From positions 34,323 through 98,322 of the IMG/VR virus record IMGVR_UViG_2077657010_000001: DNA of 64,000 nucleotides; one strand, 5' to 3'. Made by a program: the position numbers and the translations under genes. The stretch is from a virus. Of this stretch, positions 27,924 through 38,542 are shown piece by piece (within the stretch, counting starts at the first letter, position 1; the number at the start of each line of letters is the position of its first letter). The notes below the pieces were generated by a model, which saw nothing but the letters and a program-made list of their open reading frames with translations, ran no database searches and was not told where the DNA came from.

Positions 27924-30020
27924 TTACTCACCACGGTCTGGCAGTTTTGTAAATGCAGACAAACCACGTCCCACCCAGGTATTAGACAAGCTATTCGCAT
28001 GTCTACCTGACATGAATGCAGACTTCCAAGATTGCTTCCACCGGTTAAGGTTGAATACTACCTTTTCGAGCGCATAAGTCATTTGGTGTAAAGACGCACC
28101 TCCAATCGTTGCCATGTAATCGGTGTATTTGTTATCATCGTCAAAGATACTTGGATCGCGTATAATCGGCATGTGCATCGCACGCGACAAATCTCTGACG
28201 GTAATGGTCATCTCTGCCGCCAGCATCTTACCGTCCGGACGCCAACCCATATTACCTGTACCTCGAGTAAGCTGTATACTCTCAATGATACCTGTACGAA
28301 TTGCCATTCTTCCTTGGAAATAACACTCACACAACAACGGTGAGTTGTATGTTTGCTTACCTGTAGACATCGGTAACGCGCCTGCCAATCCTAATATAAT
28401 TGGAAGGGTAATGTCTTGGAAGCGTGACAAGTCGTTTCCATAGGGGCCACCTAACGGAATTGTAAAAGACTCTGTGGCTGTTTCTGCTGTTGACGACTCA
28501 TACACATCTTGGATATCTACATAGGAGCTTCCGTATATCGCCGCAAGTCCAGATATGTTGAGTGTCGACAATGCACCACCCATGAAATCTTTTATCCCTG
28601 TTGTGATGGAGTCGATGAGATCAAAGCCAGTCTTACCACCAGATGTGGATGCATCAATCGACCGAGCTGTCGCTGACATACTGTTTAACTTCTCAGCAAT
28701 CTCCGGTTGTTTGGTGGTATTACTGAATGAGTCAGAGACAGAGTTGTTACCATTCACTCTGAATGTCACCCACTGGCCACCATCTCTAAGTTCAGAGCCT
28801 AACGTATCACCCACGTCTTTAAAGTAGTTAAACATTGGGCCAAAGAAGCCAAAAATATCTTGATCTTCAGTAGGTTTACCATCTTGTTGTTTACTTGCCT
28901 CCGACACTTTAGCAGAGATTTGCTCATCGGTAATACCCTCAGCCGACATCCCTTTGCTGAACTTTTCTTTCAATGCCTTATGCACATCAGCCTGCGCACG
29001 CTCTTCTGAGTCACTAACACGGTATGCTGGGTTAGACGCATACGCTTGAATGACATGATGAAGAGACATTTCCTTTTCATCTATCTGCTGCTCCATGATA
29101 GATGTGTTTTTTGCCTGATTGATGTACTCATTCAGCATCCCTTGGAATTGCTCTTCGTTTGCTGAATTGCTATATAAGGATTCAAGTGTTTTGGCTTGAT
29201 AGTTTGCAAGGATTTGGAAGCGGTTAATTGCACGGAATAGATCAAACTTACCGCTTGATTTCCATATATCTGGAAGCATGCTATACACTTGCTCCATGTC
29301 TACCTTGCTTCCTTCCTCGCCTACTTCATTGTACCGGTCCTGACTAAACGGTTCCCACATGGGTAGCAGTTCTGCATACATCAATTGGGTATCTGCCATC
29401 GCCTGTGCAGATTGTAAGTATAAGTTCATTGCAGGTTTGAGGTAAAAATACCTCGAGGTCTTTTTAGATGCAATATAACCAAGCACCTTAGAGGATACCA
29501 GAAAGGGGATGATGACTGCTGCAGGCAGTGCCACAAACATCGCTGAAATACCTGCTATTTTACCTGCACCGCGCATCAATGACGTATACTCACCACGCTT
29601 TGCTAGTATCGCCGCATCACGACTATACATGTTTGCAAAGAAAGGTACTGTCCCGGAGTATTTAGGGACACCCCACCGAAAGTGGACATACTGAGCGACA
29701 TCATCATAGTTCTCTGAATAATCTCTACCTTGCCTGAAGCTACCCGCATTATCTTCAACAGCAAAGCCCTCACTTACATCGATTTGATCTTTTATATCTG
29801 GATTGTCCCTTGACAATAGACCCGTCGCCTTAATGTCAGCAAAACGAGTAAATTGGTAGGGTGGGTTGATGGCTTCATTACCACCGATGGTTGAATCTGC
29901 AAATTTAAAATCTGCAGTCGATTTTGGCGACCCACCAAAACTACTCCGACCGCGTTGGGATTTTGCGAGGCCAAACATGCCTCTCACCCATTGTTTGTCG
30001 AATGTTCTATTTACAGCCAT
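27924..30020 (-). CDS. Tail/baseplate structural protein (phiKZ gp182-like)
   Basis: 698 aa directly after the tape measure gene; GGNEAINPPYQFTRFADI motif; C-terminal tube-like strands. Confidence 0.7.
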   Translation of the reverse strand: MAVNRTFDKQWVRGMFGLAKSQRGRSSFGGSPKSTADFKFADSTIGGNEAINPPYQFTRFADIKATGLLSRDNPDIKDQIDVSEGFAVEDNAGSFRQGRDYSENYDDVAQYVHFRWGVPKYSGTVPFFANMYSRDAAILAKRGEYTSLMRGAGKIAGISAMFVALPAAVIIPFLVSSKVLGYIASKKTSRYFYLKPAMNLYLQSAQAMADTQLMYAELLPMWEPFSQDRYNEVGEEGSKVDMEQVYSMLPDIWKSSGKFDLFRAINRFQILANYQAKTLESLYSNSANEEQFQGMLNEYINQAKNTSIMEQQIDEKEMSLHHVIQAYASNPAYRVSDSEERAQADVHKALKEKFSKGMSAEGITDEQISAKVSEASKQQDGKPTEDQDIFGFFGPMFNYFKDVGDTLGSELRDGGQWVTFRVNGNNSVSDSFSNTTKQPEIAEKLNSMSATARSIDASTSGGKTGFDLIDSITTGIKDFMGGALSTLNISGLAAIYGSSYVDIQDVYESSTAETATESFTIPLGGPYGNDLSRFQDITLPIILGLAGALPMSTGKQTYNSPLLCECYFQGRMAIRTGIIESIQLTRGTGNMGWRPDGKMLAAEMTITVRDLSRAMHMPIIRDPSIFDDDNKYTDYMATIGGASLHQMTYALEKVVFNLNRWKQSWKSAFMSGRHANSLSNTWVGRGLSAFTKLPDRGE

Positions 30021-30036
30021 GTGTTAACTCCTAATC

Positions 30037-30067
30037 AAAAAAGACAAAGCGGGTCTAGATGACCCGC
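30037..30067 (-). terminator. Rho-independent terminator
   Basis: Minus strand GCGGGTC-ATCTA-GACCCGC-TTTGTCTTTTTT. Confidence 0.7.
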
Positions 30068-30082
30068 CCCATCTCCTTTTTA

Positions 30083-33000
30083 CTATGCACGCCGTTTACG
30101 TGACAACGATACTGGCCCTTTTGAATGGTTGATTTCATATTTATTTTTTGCCAACTGTGAGCGTTCAGCTTGCTGCTCACGCATGAGTTGTTCACGAGAT
30201 ACACCCTCTTCAGGTACATTCGTTTGCAACTCTTTCATGTGGCTCAATGTCAATGAAATCTCCTTTAGCACTTCGAGTTGTTTACTCAGGTACTGATTAG
30301 AGACACGTCCCTCTTCAAGATGTGCACCGGCAACGGATGCCCGCTCTCCTTCCAATTGACGTTCAGTCTCTTTGATCTTATCATCTACCTGACGTTGTGC
30401 TTCCCGCGTGTACGTCTCTAAACTGACATTACTCTGGGACGCTGCGGCAGTGACTTGTTTCTTCACTGTTTCATCCACATTCCTAGAAGCTTCCATATCA
30501 GAACGAGAGTACGTCGGTTTGTTTTCCATCGCTTTGTTAACAGAAGACTTATTAGTAAGGTCTTTTGCTAATTTCTGCGTGGCCACACGACTACGGTCTT
30601 CCTCGGGATTGATTTTTGCAACAGTACGATCATCATCTTTAACCACTGGAGTGAAATCGGGTTCCGCGTCAGTGTATTGTGAAACGTAACTGAATTTAGA
30701 CGACGCTTTACGTGTGAGCTTCTCATGCACTTCACGGTAGCTGATCGGTCTACCACGGCCTGTGAAGATAGCAGGATTCGCTGCTGCCGCTTGCGTAAAG
30801 TCCTCTGCTGCAATCGCGTCAGGGCGACTATACAGGTTAGACAAGAACTTAGACGCACCGCCATGTCCCAGGAAGTGTGCCAAATACAAATCAGCCGGGC
30901 CGGGCTTAACTCCCGTAGGCAATGAACCTTTAATGGATTGTGCACCACTGCGTAAGTACTCTGCACCCATCAGTGCGTTAGCAACTGGATCATAGGGGCT
31001 GGCATCTTTAGGTATGCCGTACTTATTACCGTGCTTCTCCAGCGTCTCATTCCATGTGGAATTGATAAACTGGTAGAGGCCTTTTGCTGAGCTTGTACTT
31101 GCCCCAGCTTTAGGGTTCAATGATGACTCCATCATGGCCACAGTTAACAAGAGCGATTCATCCACACCTGTAGACTGACTGACACGTTTTATCATCTCAG
31201 CCACAGAACCACGATCATTCCCTTCAAGCTTTATTTTACCATAAGCACTATCGGGGTCTGTCGCCTCCTTACTGATATCCCCCATGGGTATATTCGAGTC
31301 AGGTGTGTAACTATCATTGGCACTGTTCGTACCTTGATACTTACTGAGGATGTCGTTTGCTAACGAAGTACGTCCCTTAGGACGAGGTGGCCTTTTCGGT
31401 TTCTTCGTTGGCTTGTTACTGGTATCATTGGCTGACGCATCCGTATCAGTTGCCTTTTGTTCACTTGCCTCAGCCTGCTTTAGCAGTTTACGGAGGAACT
31501 TAAGATTATCTTCAACAGTTGATGGATCGTCATTTAACTGTGAGATATCCGGCCAAGGTGAATGTCTAACACTCCACACTGACACAAACTCACTACGTAC
31601 ACGTATCTTCTTATTCACCATGCCATTAGCTACATGAATAGCCCACGGTGAGGATGAAGACACATTGACCAACAATACGTTCGCTTGTGGCGAATACCGT
31701 TTCAGTTGTGTTAGGTACTCTACAAATACGGGTAAGAAACGATTCTTAAACCACGAAGACCACACATTATACTGTTCGATATTCTTAGCACTCATGCCAA
31801 AATTAGACATGTGTGTTTTTGCCATGTCGCTCACTTTGGTCTGTACACGGAACCCTTTTCCAGAGAAGCTTGTGTTCTTAACAATGGCTTCTTCAAGATC
31901 CCATAGCGCTTGGATTTTATCAACATCTAATGATTCCAAACCATACGTACGCACCCTTACCGCTTCAAGTGCCGTCAAGTCATTCGCTGACCTCACCTTA
32001 CGCGTTTTGGGTTCACCCTTAACAAGCTCAACTTCACCCTCTTTACCATCATCCCCAGTTTTGAGTTTACCATCCACACCAATACGTTTAGGTTTAGGTG
32101 CATCAGAACCAGGACGTGATGATTTAGGTTTATCTGCATCGCTTTCGGTTTCTTCCGTTGCGGTTGTATCCTCTCCTTTGTATTCCTTGACGAGCTCTTC
32201 AATCTCTTTGCGTGATTTAGGCTCAACCTCTTCTTTAATCTCCTTACCTGTCATTAGTTCACCTTGGAACCAATCGTCAAGCTCAAATGGAGACGTTAAC
32301 ACTTCAAAGCTTGGGTGGTCTGCAGGTAATACACACCCCTCCAAAATCTTTTTCATGTTCTTAGGTTGGACTTTCTTGATATTATCAAGTTCACCCAAAG
32401 ACACTTCAGCGGCATGTTGTTGGGCACGTGTTGCCCATAATAGATACACTTGCATATAACGGCGATAGAGCCAGACTTTAAATGACTCAACTTGTTCACC
32501 ATCTGATGTGTCGACACCAAACAGTTTTGCAATCGAAGTCATCTTATCTTCATCAATGCCCTTAACCGTTGCGATGCCTTTTGAATCATAGCTTGTATGT
32601 TTGGCCATAATAGACTCTAACTTAACAAGCTTTTCAACTTCATCATCATCGGGGTCATCGTACTCATGCGTACCATATTGCGCCATACGTAAGCGGGCAA
32701 GTGGGCCAAGCTCATCGCTTGTGAAGTACATGTATGCACCAACACCAACCGCAGCTGCACCAATAGCCAACCATGCAGGTGCTGACAATAGACCCAATGC
32801 GCCAACAGCAGCACCACGGACAGCAGTCCACATACCCTGCCTTGCAATGAAACCTCCGGCCGTTCTTAGACCAGTGCCCATCCTAGACATAAAGCTCGCC
32901 TTAGAGGCGGCATTAGCGGCACTTGTAGCGGCTTTCTTACCACTGAATGGGTTGAGTTTACTTAGCAGTGAACCAATCATCCCGTCAGCTTTAAATGCGC

Positions 33001-36000
33001 CTGAGATTTTAGCGAGTATGCCCGTCCCAATTGCACCGCCTAAGAGACCACTGATTTTGTCTATTGCGCCTGAGCCTAAACCAAAGATCTTGGATAGTGC
33101 ATCACTGCCTTTCTCTTTGGCTTTACCTGCCGCTTCTTTGATCTTTTCTTTACGTGCTTTACGTTTCCTTTCTTTCTCCGCTGCCTTTTCCTTGGCACGT
33201 TCAGCACGTTTTTGACGGATATCACGATAACTGTTATCGCGGATACCATCCCCATCAAAGTCCTCAGCATCCTCTTCAGGCTCTTCACTTTTGGTATCAT
33301 CAGCTGACACATCGTCTTCTGCGATTATCTCCTCACCGTCAGTGGCATCGTTATCACCCACACCAAACTGGTCACTAAGTAATACTCGGATTTCCTCCAA
33401 CTTGGCAACCACATCACTGTCTTTCTTAGTGATACCTAACTTGTCAAGGAATCGGGCGGCGATATCCGCAATGGAATCTACGCCTTTACCGAGCATTGAC
33501 TTCGTCCAGTCGACCATCCCAGTGAAGCCTTTCTTTATACTAGACAGTCCCCGTTTTCCATAATCCCAAGCAGCACTACCTACCGCTTTTACCTTTTGGA
33601 ATGTGGACTTAAACGGTTCGCCATTAGCATCAACCAATTCAAAGTCAGGGTTATCAAACTCACCGTAGTCAATGACCCACTCTTTGTGTTTGGTAATGAC
33701 TGGCCCTTTAATATCACCTGGCCCTTTGATGACTTTACCGGATGTCACATCAATGTAATGCCCACGATCAATAAGGAATGCTTTTAGTCGAGGCTCATCT
33801 TCCCCTTTGACATAGATACTTTCTGTTGGGAAGATCTCTTTGATTAACTTACTCCCCCCCTCCTTGATAGATTTCAGTACACGTGAAGGTAACGTAACAA
33901 CCGTTCTGGCTAACTTACCAGACAGCTTACCGAGACGTTGGCCCAGCGACTTCATCCCCGATTTGGTGTAGTAGGTAAAGCCATCAATTTTGTTGGCGAT
34001 CTCTTCTGTGCTAAGGAGCATCTCGCCATGCTCATCGTAGACCGCCCCATCGATATCATCGATGCTTTTTATCTGCTTACCCTCTTTGTTGTAATACTTA
34101 CCCAACTTCATCAGACGACCACTTAATACTAAGTTACCGTCCTCATCGTAGATGTTGGCCGTATCTGTTAAACCTTTCCACCCACTCTTAACAACATCCT
34201 TGGCTTGTCCTATCGAGTCAGTGGCAAACTTCTTGACACTCTCAAAGGTGGGGAGTTTACTTTTAATACGGTTGACGGTATTACCAACAAAGTTTTTGGC
34301 TCGTCCGTAAGCTTGACTTACATGTTCACCAAATTTGCCGAAATAGCCCGCACGCTCTTTACGGTCGCCATCAGACAGGTCAGCGGATTCGAATGACGGT
34401 ACACCATTAACAGCCATATCTTCTAAGATACCGATAATGTTTTGCATCTCAGGTCTAAGGTTGTTTTCTTCTAGCTGCTTAAGCACAGCATTGGTCAAAC
34501 GTTCCTTTTCCTTTTCTGCATTTTCACTACCTGCATTCGTACCTATATTCTCCAGTATGGTTTCAAGTCTCCTCTCATCACCGAAGAATGTATCTCGGAC
34601 ACCCGTAACCACCTCTTCACCCAACATGCTTAACGTGTTGCGCATCTCGTAGGTGTCTAACGCAATCGAGGTGATGTCTTCATCTGTCTGCTTATTCAAT
34701 ACAGCCGTGATGTGTTCAGGTGCGGGTGAACCACCCCCTGTTGGGCCAGGACCACCTGATGGTGGGGTAGGGCTAGGGGGTGGTGTATTTGGACCGTCAG
34801 GTGGTGGGTTGTTACCCGAGGCAGCGTCAATGACACTTTCCACCTTTTCTCTTGGAGATAGATAGTCGTAGCTACTCAAGAGATCTTTATTCATCCTTAA
34901 GTATTCACCATCACGGTCAAAGACCCCAGCACGTGCCACCGCTGCACCACTGTACTGGTTCTCCATCTCAGTCACTTTCTCTTGTGCTGAGCCAATACGT
35001 CTGCGTATCCCAGAAAGTCGGTCAGATACTAAGGCATTGATTTTCGCTTCCTGTGTCTTGTCATCACTGATGTCTCTGAACATTTTGTTAAGTTCAAAGA
35101 TATCGTCGATGTTCGCATCTTTAGAATAAGCGTCTTGGTTCTCCGCTAAATTCTTAACATTGAACTGTTTGACATTACGAATATGATCATCTAACGTCCT
35201 GCCTAATGACTCACGTTGAGATTCTGTCAGGTCACCCTTGGTGTCAATTTCATTGATGACCGAATCAATACCCTGACGAACAGACTCTTTAGTCTCAGGA
35301 TCTTCAATAAAGTCACGGATGCGGCTGTCAATTTCATCCTTGTCTACAAACGACATCGTGTTGTAGTCAAACGTTTCGTTGACTGGACCCTTACCGTTAC
35401 CCTCCATGATGGCACTATAGATGCGTGACAACCACTCTGGGATGACATCGTTAAGTGTCACGTCACTGCGACGTGTCCATGCAGAGGCTTCTGACAGTTC
35501 CGTGACAGTCGTATTTGAAAGTTCTGCACTATCACCGCCATATCTCGGTAGTATGGAGGTGAGTAAGTTAAGCAGCGGGTTTTCTGAGTTCCGGCCTGTA
35601 GCTGCATCATTCAAATACTCTGGGAGTGTGGTTAACCGATAACGGAGTTTAGCACCAAGTTTGGCGACCTCTGGATGTTCTTCCCCCTTTTCTTTAAGCA
35701 TCTTCTGATACTTTTTGATCATCGGCGCTAGATATTTATCGGTAAGGTAATCCCCCGCCATACCTGCAGCAGATTGAATATACTCACCACGTTGCTGGGC
35801 ATCCGTTTTTTCCACATCAGGTTCATTTTCCATTTCCTGAATCATGGAGTCTGCACCCATCTCAACCATACTTAGGTTAGAGCGTACTTTATCCCCTAGA
35901 CCCGATATGGCCTTTTTAGCATTCTCACCGAGATTACTTATATAGCTCCTTGCAAACTCGGCAGGTGAGGCATTACGGATGATCTCCCGTTTCATCAATG

Positions 36001-36820
36001 CTGATGTTATCTCACCAAACTGCTCTTTGGCATAATCAGGCAGCGCGGTATTCTTTACGATAGAGTCCATCGCTGGGATGATCTTATCCATCGATTCCTT
36101 TAGGGCACTTAGCGTATCAACCTGAACGTAATACTGTCGCCAGCTAACTTCGAGCATTTTTCTGCGGTATTTGTCGGTCACCCGATTATATGAAACAATG
36201 TTCGCCAGGTCACCTCTAATGCCGGATACAAGCTTATTCATGCCGTCTTGACGGACAGCATCAGCAGCAGTCTCAATGTCGGATTGCACCTTCTCTTCTA
36301 TCTGCTGCTCTTTGTCTTCTTCACGCTGCTCTTGTGACGCCTGAAACGTATCAGACAGCATGGCTTGTAAACCAGCTTCTCTAGGATCTTCCGTATTACG
36401 GTAGCTCCCAGACATACTGTCATCATCACTTGCCCATTGATCTACTTTTTCAGAAAAACGACTTGGCAAGTAACGTTTGACCAGCGGCATACTCTGCTTG
36501 GTAATCCGCTTGAGGTCACGTTTAGTTTCTTTTAACTGGTCAGCCGCTTCACGGTATACCTCACGACCCTCAGACGCAACTGTATCATATGCATCCGACG
36601 CTACTGTATAATCCTCAGGCAAAGAATCAAGTATGAGTCGTTTACGTTTATTTCGATCGCCTGCAATCTTTTTTGCGGCACTTGTAGCGGCAGTAACCGG
36701 AGCACTTGCAATGGCTTCACGGTCAGTCGGTATTTTTGGGGCCGGGGGATCGAAATCTAGATCGAGGTCTAACTCGTCATCTAGATCCCAATCATCTAAA
36801 TCTACTTTTTCTTCAGCCAT
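30083..36820 (-). CDS. Tape-measure / tail-associated protein with lytic transglycosylase domain (phiKZ gp181-like)
   Basis: 2245 aa, mostly helical; TM-like Gly/Ala segment; C-terminal SLT motifs MESSL, SSAKGLYQF, DPVANALMGAEY, LYLAHFLGHGGA. Confidence 0.92.
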   Translation of the reverse strand: MAEEKVDLDDWDLDDELDLDLDFDPPAPKIPTDREAIASAPVTAATSAAKKIAGDRNKRKRLILDSLPEDYTVASDAYDTVASEGREVYREAADQLKETKRDLKRITKQSMPLVKRYLPSRFSEKVDQWASDDDSMSGSYRNTEDPREAGLQAMLSDTFQASQEQREEDKEQQIEEKVQSDIETAADAVRQDGMNKLVSGIRGDLANIVSYNRVTDKYRRKMLEVSWRQYYVQVDTLSALKESMDKIIPAMDSIVKNTALPDYAKEQFGEITSALMKREIIRNASPAEFARSYISNLGENAKKAISGLGDKVRSNLSMVEMGADSMIQEMENEPDVEKTDAQQRGEYIQSAAGMAGDYLTDKYLAPMIKKYQKMLKEKGEEHPEVAKLGAKLRYRLTTLPEYLNDAATGRNSENPLLNLLTSILPRYGGDSAELSNTTVTELSEASAWTRRSDVTLNDVIPEWLSRIYSAIMEGNGKGPVNETFDYNTMSFVDKDEIDSRIRDFIEDPETKESVRQGIDSVINEIDTKGDLTESQRESLGRTLDDHIRNVKQFNVKNLAENQDAYSKDANIDDIFELNKMFRDISDDKTQEAKINALVSDRLSGIRRRIGSAQEKVTEMENQYSGAAVARAGVFDRDGEYLRMNKDLLSSYDYLSPREKVESVIDAASGNNPPPDGPNTPPPSPTPPSGGPGPTGGGSPAPEHITAVLNKQTDEDITSIALDTYEMRNTLSMLGEEVVTGVRDTFFGDERRLETILENIGTNAGSENAEKEKERLTNAVLKQLEENNLRPEMQNIIGILEDMAVNGVPSFESADLSDGDRKERAGYFGKFGEHVSQAYGRAKNFVGNTVNRIKSKLPTFESVKKFATDSIGQAKDVVKSGWKGLTDTANIYDEDGNLVLSGRLMKLGKYYNKEGKQIKSIDDIDGAVYDEHGEMLLSTEEIANKIDGFTYYTKSGMKSLGQRLGKLSGKLARTVVTLPSRVLKSIKEGGSKLIKEIFPTESIYVKGEDEPRLKAFLIDRGHYIDVTSGKVIKGPGDIKGPVITKHKEWVIDYGEFDNPDFELVDANGEPFKSTFQKVKAVGSAAWDYGKRGLSSIKKGFTGMVDWTKSMLGKGVDSIADIAARFLDKLGITKKDSDVVAKLEEIRVLLSDQFGVGDNDATDGEEIIAEDDVSADDTKSEEPEEDAEDFDGDGIRDNSYRDIRQKRAERAKEKAAEKERKRKARKEKIKEAAGKAKEKGSDALSKIFGLGSGAIDKISGLLGGAIGTGILAKISGAFKADGMIGSLLSKLNPFSGKKAATSAANAASKASFMSRMGTGLRTAGGFIARQGMWTAVRGAAVGALGLLSAPAWLAIGAAAVGVGAYMYFTSDELGPLARLRMAQYGTHEYDDPDDDEVEKLVKLESIMAKHTSYDSKGIATVKGIDEDKMTSIAKLFGVDTSDGEQVESFKVWLYRRYMQVYLLWATRAQQHAAEVSLGELDNIKKVQPKNMKKILEGCVLPADHPSFEVLTSPFELDDWFQGELMTGKEIKEEVEPKSRKEIEELVKEYKGEDTTATEETESDADKPKSSRPGSDAPKPKRIGVDGKLKTGDDGKEGEVELVKGEPKTRKVRSANDLTALEAVRVRTYGLESLDVDKIQALWDLEEAIVKNTSFSGKGFRVQTKVSDMAKTHMSNFGMSAKNIEQYNVWSSWFKNRFLPVFVEYLTQLKRYSPQANVLLVNVSSSSPWAIHVANGMVNKKIRVRSEFVSVWSVRHSPWPDISQLNDDPSTVEDNLKFLRKLLKQAEASEQKATDTDASANDTSNKPTKKPKRPPRPKGRTSLANDILSKYQGTNSANDSYTPDSNIPMGDISKEATDPDSAYGKIKLEGNDRGSVAEMIKRVSQSTGVDESLLLTVAMMESSLNPKAGASTSSAKGLYQFINSTWNETLEKHGNKYGIPKDASPYDPVANALMGAEYLRSGAQSIKGSLPTGVKPGPADLYLAHFLGHGGASKFLSNLYSRPDAIAAEDFTQAAAANPAIFTGRGRPISYREVHEKLTRKASSKFSYVSQYTDAEPDFTPVVKDDDRTVAKINPEEDRSRVATQKLAKDLTNKSSVNKAMENKPTYSRSDMEASRNVDETVKKQVTAAASQSNVSLETYTREAQRQVDDKIKETERQLEGERASVAGAHLEEGRVSNQYLSKQLEVLKEISLTLSHMKELQTNVPEEGVSREQLMREQQAERSQLAKNKYEINHSKGPVSLSRKRRA

Positions 36821-36841
36821 TTTAACCTCGGATATTCTTTT

Positions 36842-38533
36842 ATGTATGAATTAAATACACCCACACTCGTTGCTACTGAAGCGTATAACGGTGATAATAA
36901 AGGACCGTCACAGAACTGGATAAGTTTTGAACTGCTCAACGTCAACCAAAATGAAATAAAGCGTTTACGTCCAGTTACGGCATTGGACACCTATGTAGGT
37001 GCAACAAAAAACCTCCACCCTGATGGTTTATACTCCACTGAAACATTTGGCATTTTAGGGTCAGATGAAAGGTTTAATAAATTCGGTTATATTGATCTAG
37101 GTATCGAAATAATCTCTCCCGTTGTCGCCCATGCACTGTTTGACCTTAAACGTCTGTATAAAGAAATACTGAGCAGTTCACGTCATGCAGTATGGGATGC
37201 TGAAGAATGTGACTTCTTTCCAGCCTCCCCTGAAGACGACGGTGCCAGCACGGGGTACAGTTTTTTCATGGCCCATTACCATGAACTAAAACCTAAATCA
37301 ACTGACAGTCTCATCCGACAACAGAACATCGATGTCTTTAATGCGTTCCGTGATATCGCCATGAGTCGGTATGTGCTTGTATTACCTGCTGGGTATCGCG
37401 AAATCGAAATAAAAGACGCAGCAACAGGTGGCGGTAAAGAGCAGGAAGATGACATCAACCCGATGTACCGAAAACTCATCACTACCTCCAAATCGATCCC
37501 GCCACGCAGTGCTGGCAAAAATAGCCCACTATTAGACTCAGTACGCTGGAACTTACAAAAAGCATTCATCGATATTTACGAGTACCTATTTACAGGACTA
37601 GACGGCAAACAAGGCCGGATTCGCGGTAAGTGGACAAAACGTAACATCCAAAACGGTACACGTAACGTTATAAGCTCAATGGATGCATCGAGTGAGGTCA
37701 TGGGTCGTGAAGATGCCATGCGACCGACCGACACTGAGATGGGTCTTTATCAGGGCATCAAGTCACTGCTCCCTGTAGCCATCCATGCAATACGTACAAG
37801 ATATTTACCTGAAGTTGATGCAGGGAATGGGTCACTATACCTCATCGATCCTAAAACGTTAAAACGTGAAATGGTGAGCGTTAAACCTGAAAGTTATGAT
37901 TTGGTTACTACCGATGAGGGCATCGAAGAACTCATCAACAAATTCAAAGTCAGGGACAAACGCCATAAACCATTCACCATCGAAGGTAAGTATGTTGCAC
38001 TTATCTATGATGACGGTGAGTATTTCAAAGTCTTCTACGATATCAGCGAGCTGCCTGAGGATAAGGATAAGAAATATGTCAGTGGTATCACTATCACTGA
38101 ACTTCTCTATCTCAGTGGCTATGATAAGTGGAACGATTACTTTACTATTGTAACGCGCTACCCTGTCACCGGTGAGGGTAGTACTTATTCGTCAACTATA
38201 AGATTGACGACTACATCTACATCAAGCATGCGGTATGAGTTACTGGATGATTGGAAGAGTCAATATGACAAACCCGCCATCAGTTTCCCAGATAAGAGTA
38301 ACGATGAGTTTGTCACCAGCATGGCACCACACCCGAGTCGATTAGAGGCACTCGGAGCTGACTTCGATGGCGATACGGCATCAGGTGATTCACCATATAC
38401 CGTGGATGCCCTTGAAGAGAACAAGAAGATGATTAACAGTGTTTCATATTGGCTAAGCCCCAATGGTGAACTTAACCTCGATGTTGGCGTTGAGACAATT
38501 GAACGTGTTGCCACTATGCTATTAAAAGATTAA
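36842..38533 (+). CDS. Virion RNA polymerase beta' catalytic part (phiKZ gp180-like)
   Basis: LHPDGLYSTETFG, TRYP, catalytic ADFDGD. Confidence 0.95.
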   Translation: MYELNTPTLVATEAYNGDNKGPSQNWISFELLNVNQNEIKRLRPVTALDTYVGATKNLHPDGLYSTETFGILGSDERFNKFGYIDLGIEIISPVVAHALFDLKRLYKEILSSSRHAVWDAEECDFFPASPEDDGASTGYSFFMAHYHELKPKSTDSLIRQQNIDVFNAFRDIAMSRYVLVLPAGYREIEIKDAATGGGKEQEDDINPMYRKLITTSKSIPPRSAGKNSPLLDSVRWNLQKAFIDIYEYLFTGLDGKQGRIRGKWTKRNIQNGTRNVISSMDASSEVMGREDAMRPTDTEMGLYQGIKSLLPVAIHAIRTRYLPEVDAGNGSLYLIDPKTLKREMVSVKPESYDLVTTDEGIEELINKFKVRDKRHKPFTIEGKYVALIYDDGEYFKVFYDISELPEDKDKKYVSGITITELLYLSGYDKWNDYFTIVTRYPVTGEGSTYSSTIRLTTTSTSSMRYELLDDWKSQYDKPAISFPDKSNDEFVTSMAPHPSRLEALGADFDGDTASGDSPYTVDALEENKKMINSVSYWLSPNGELNLDVGVETIERVATMLLKD

Positions 38534-38542
38534 GGTCGAATT

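Noticed and set aside
33244-33264. DFDGD in the tape-measure protein, matching the RNAP catalytic motif
   Set aside because: It lies in an acidic low-complexity linker (EDFDGDGIRDNS) with no RNAP context; the real motif is in 36842..38533
34720-34812. G-rich stretch suggesting a G-quadruplex
   Set aside because: Explained by the Pro/Gly linker codons of the tape-measure protein on the minus strand
30408-35642. Many plus-strand ORFs up to 264 aa
   Set aside because: Antisense shadows of the tape-measure gene, with no recognisable products
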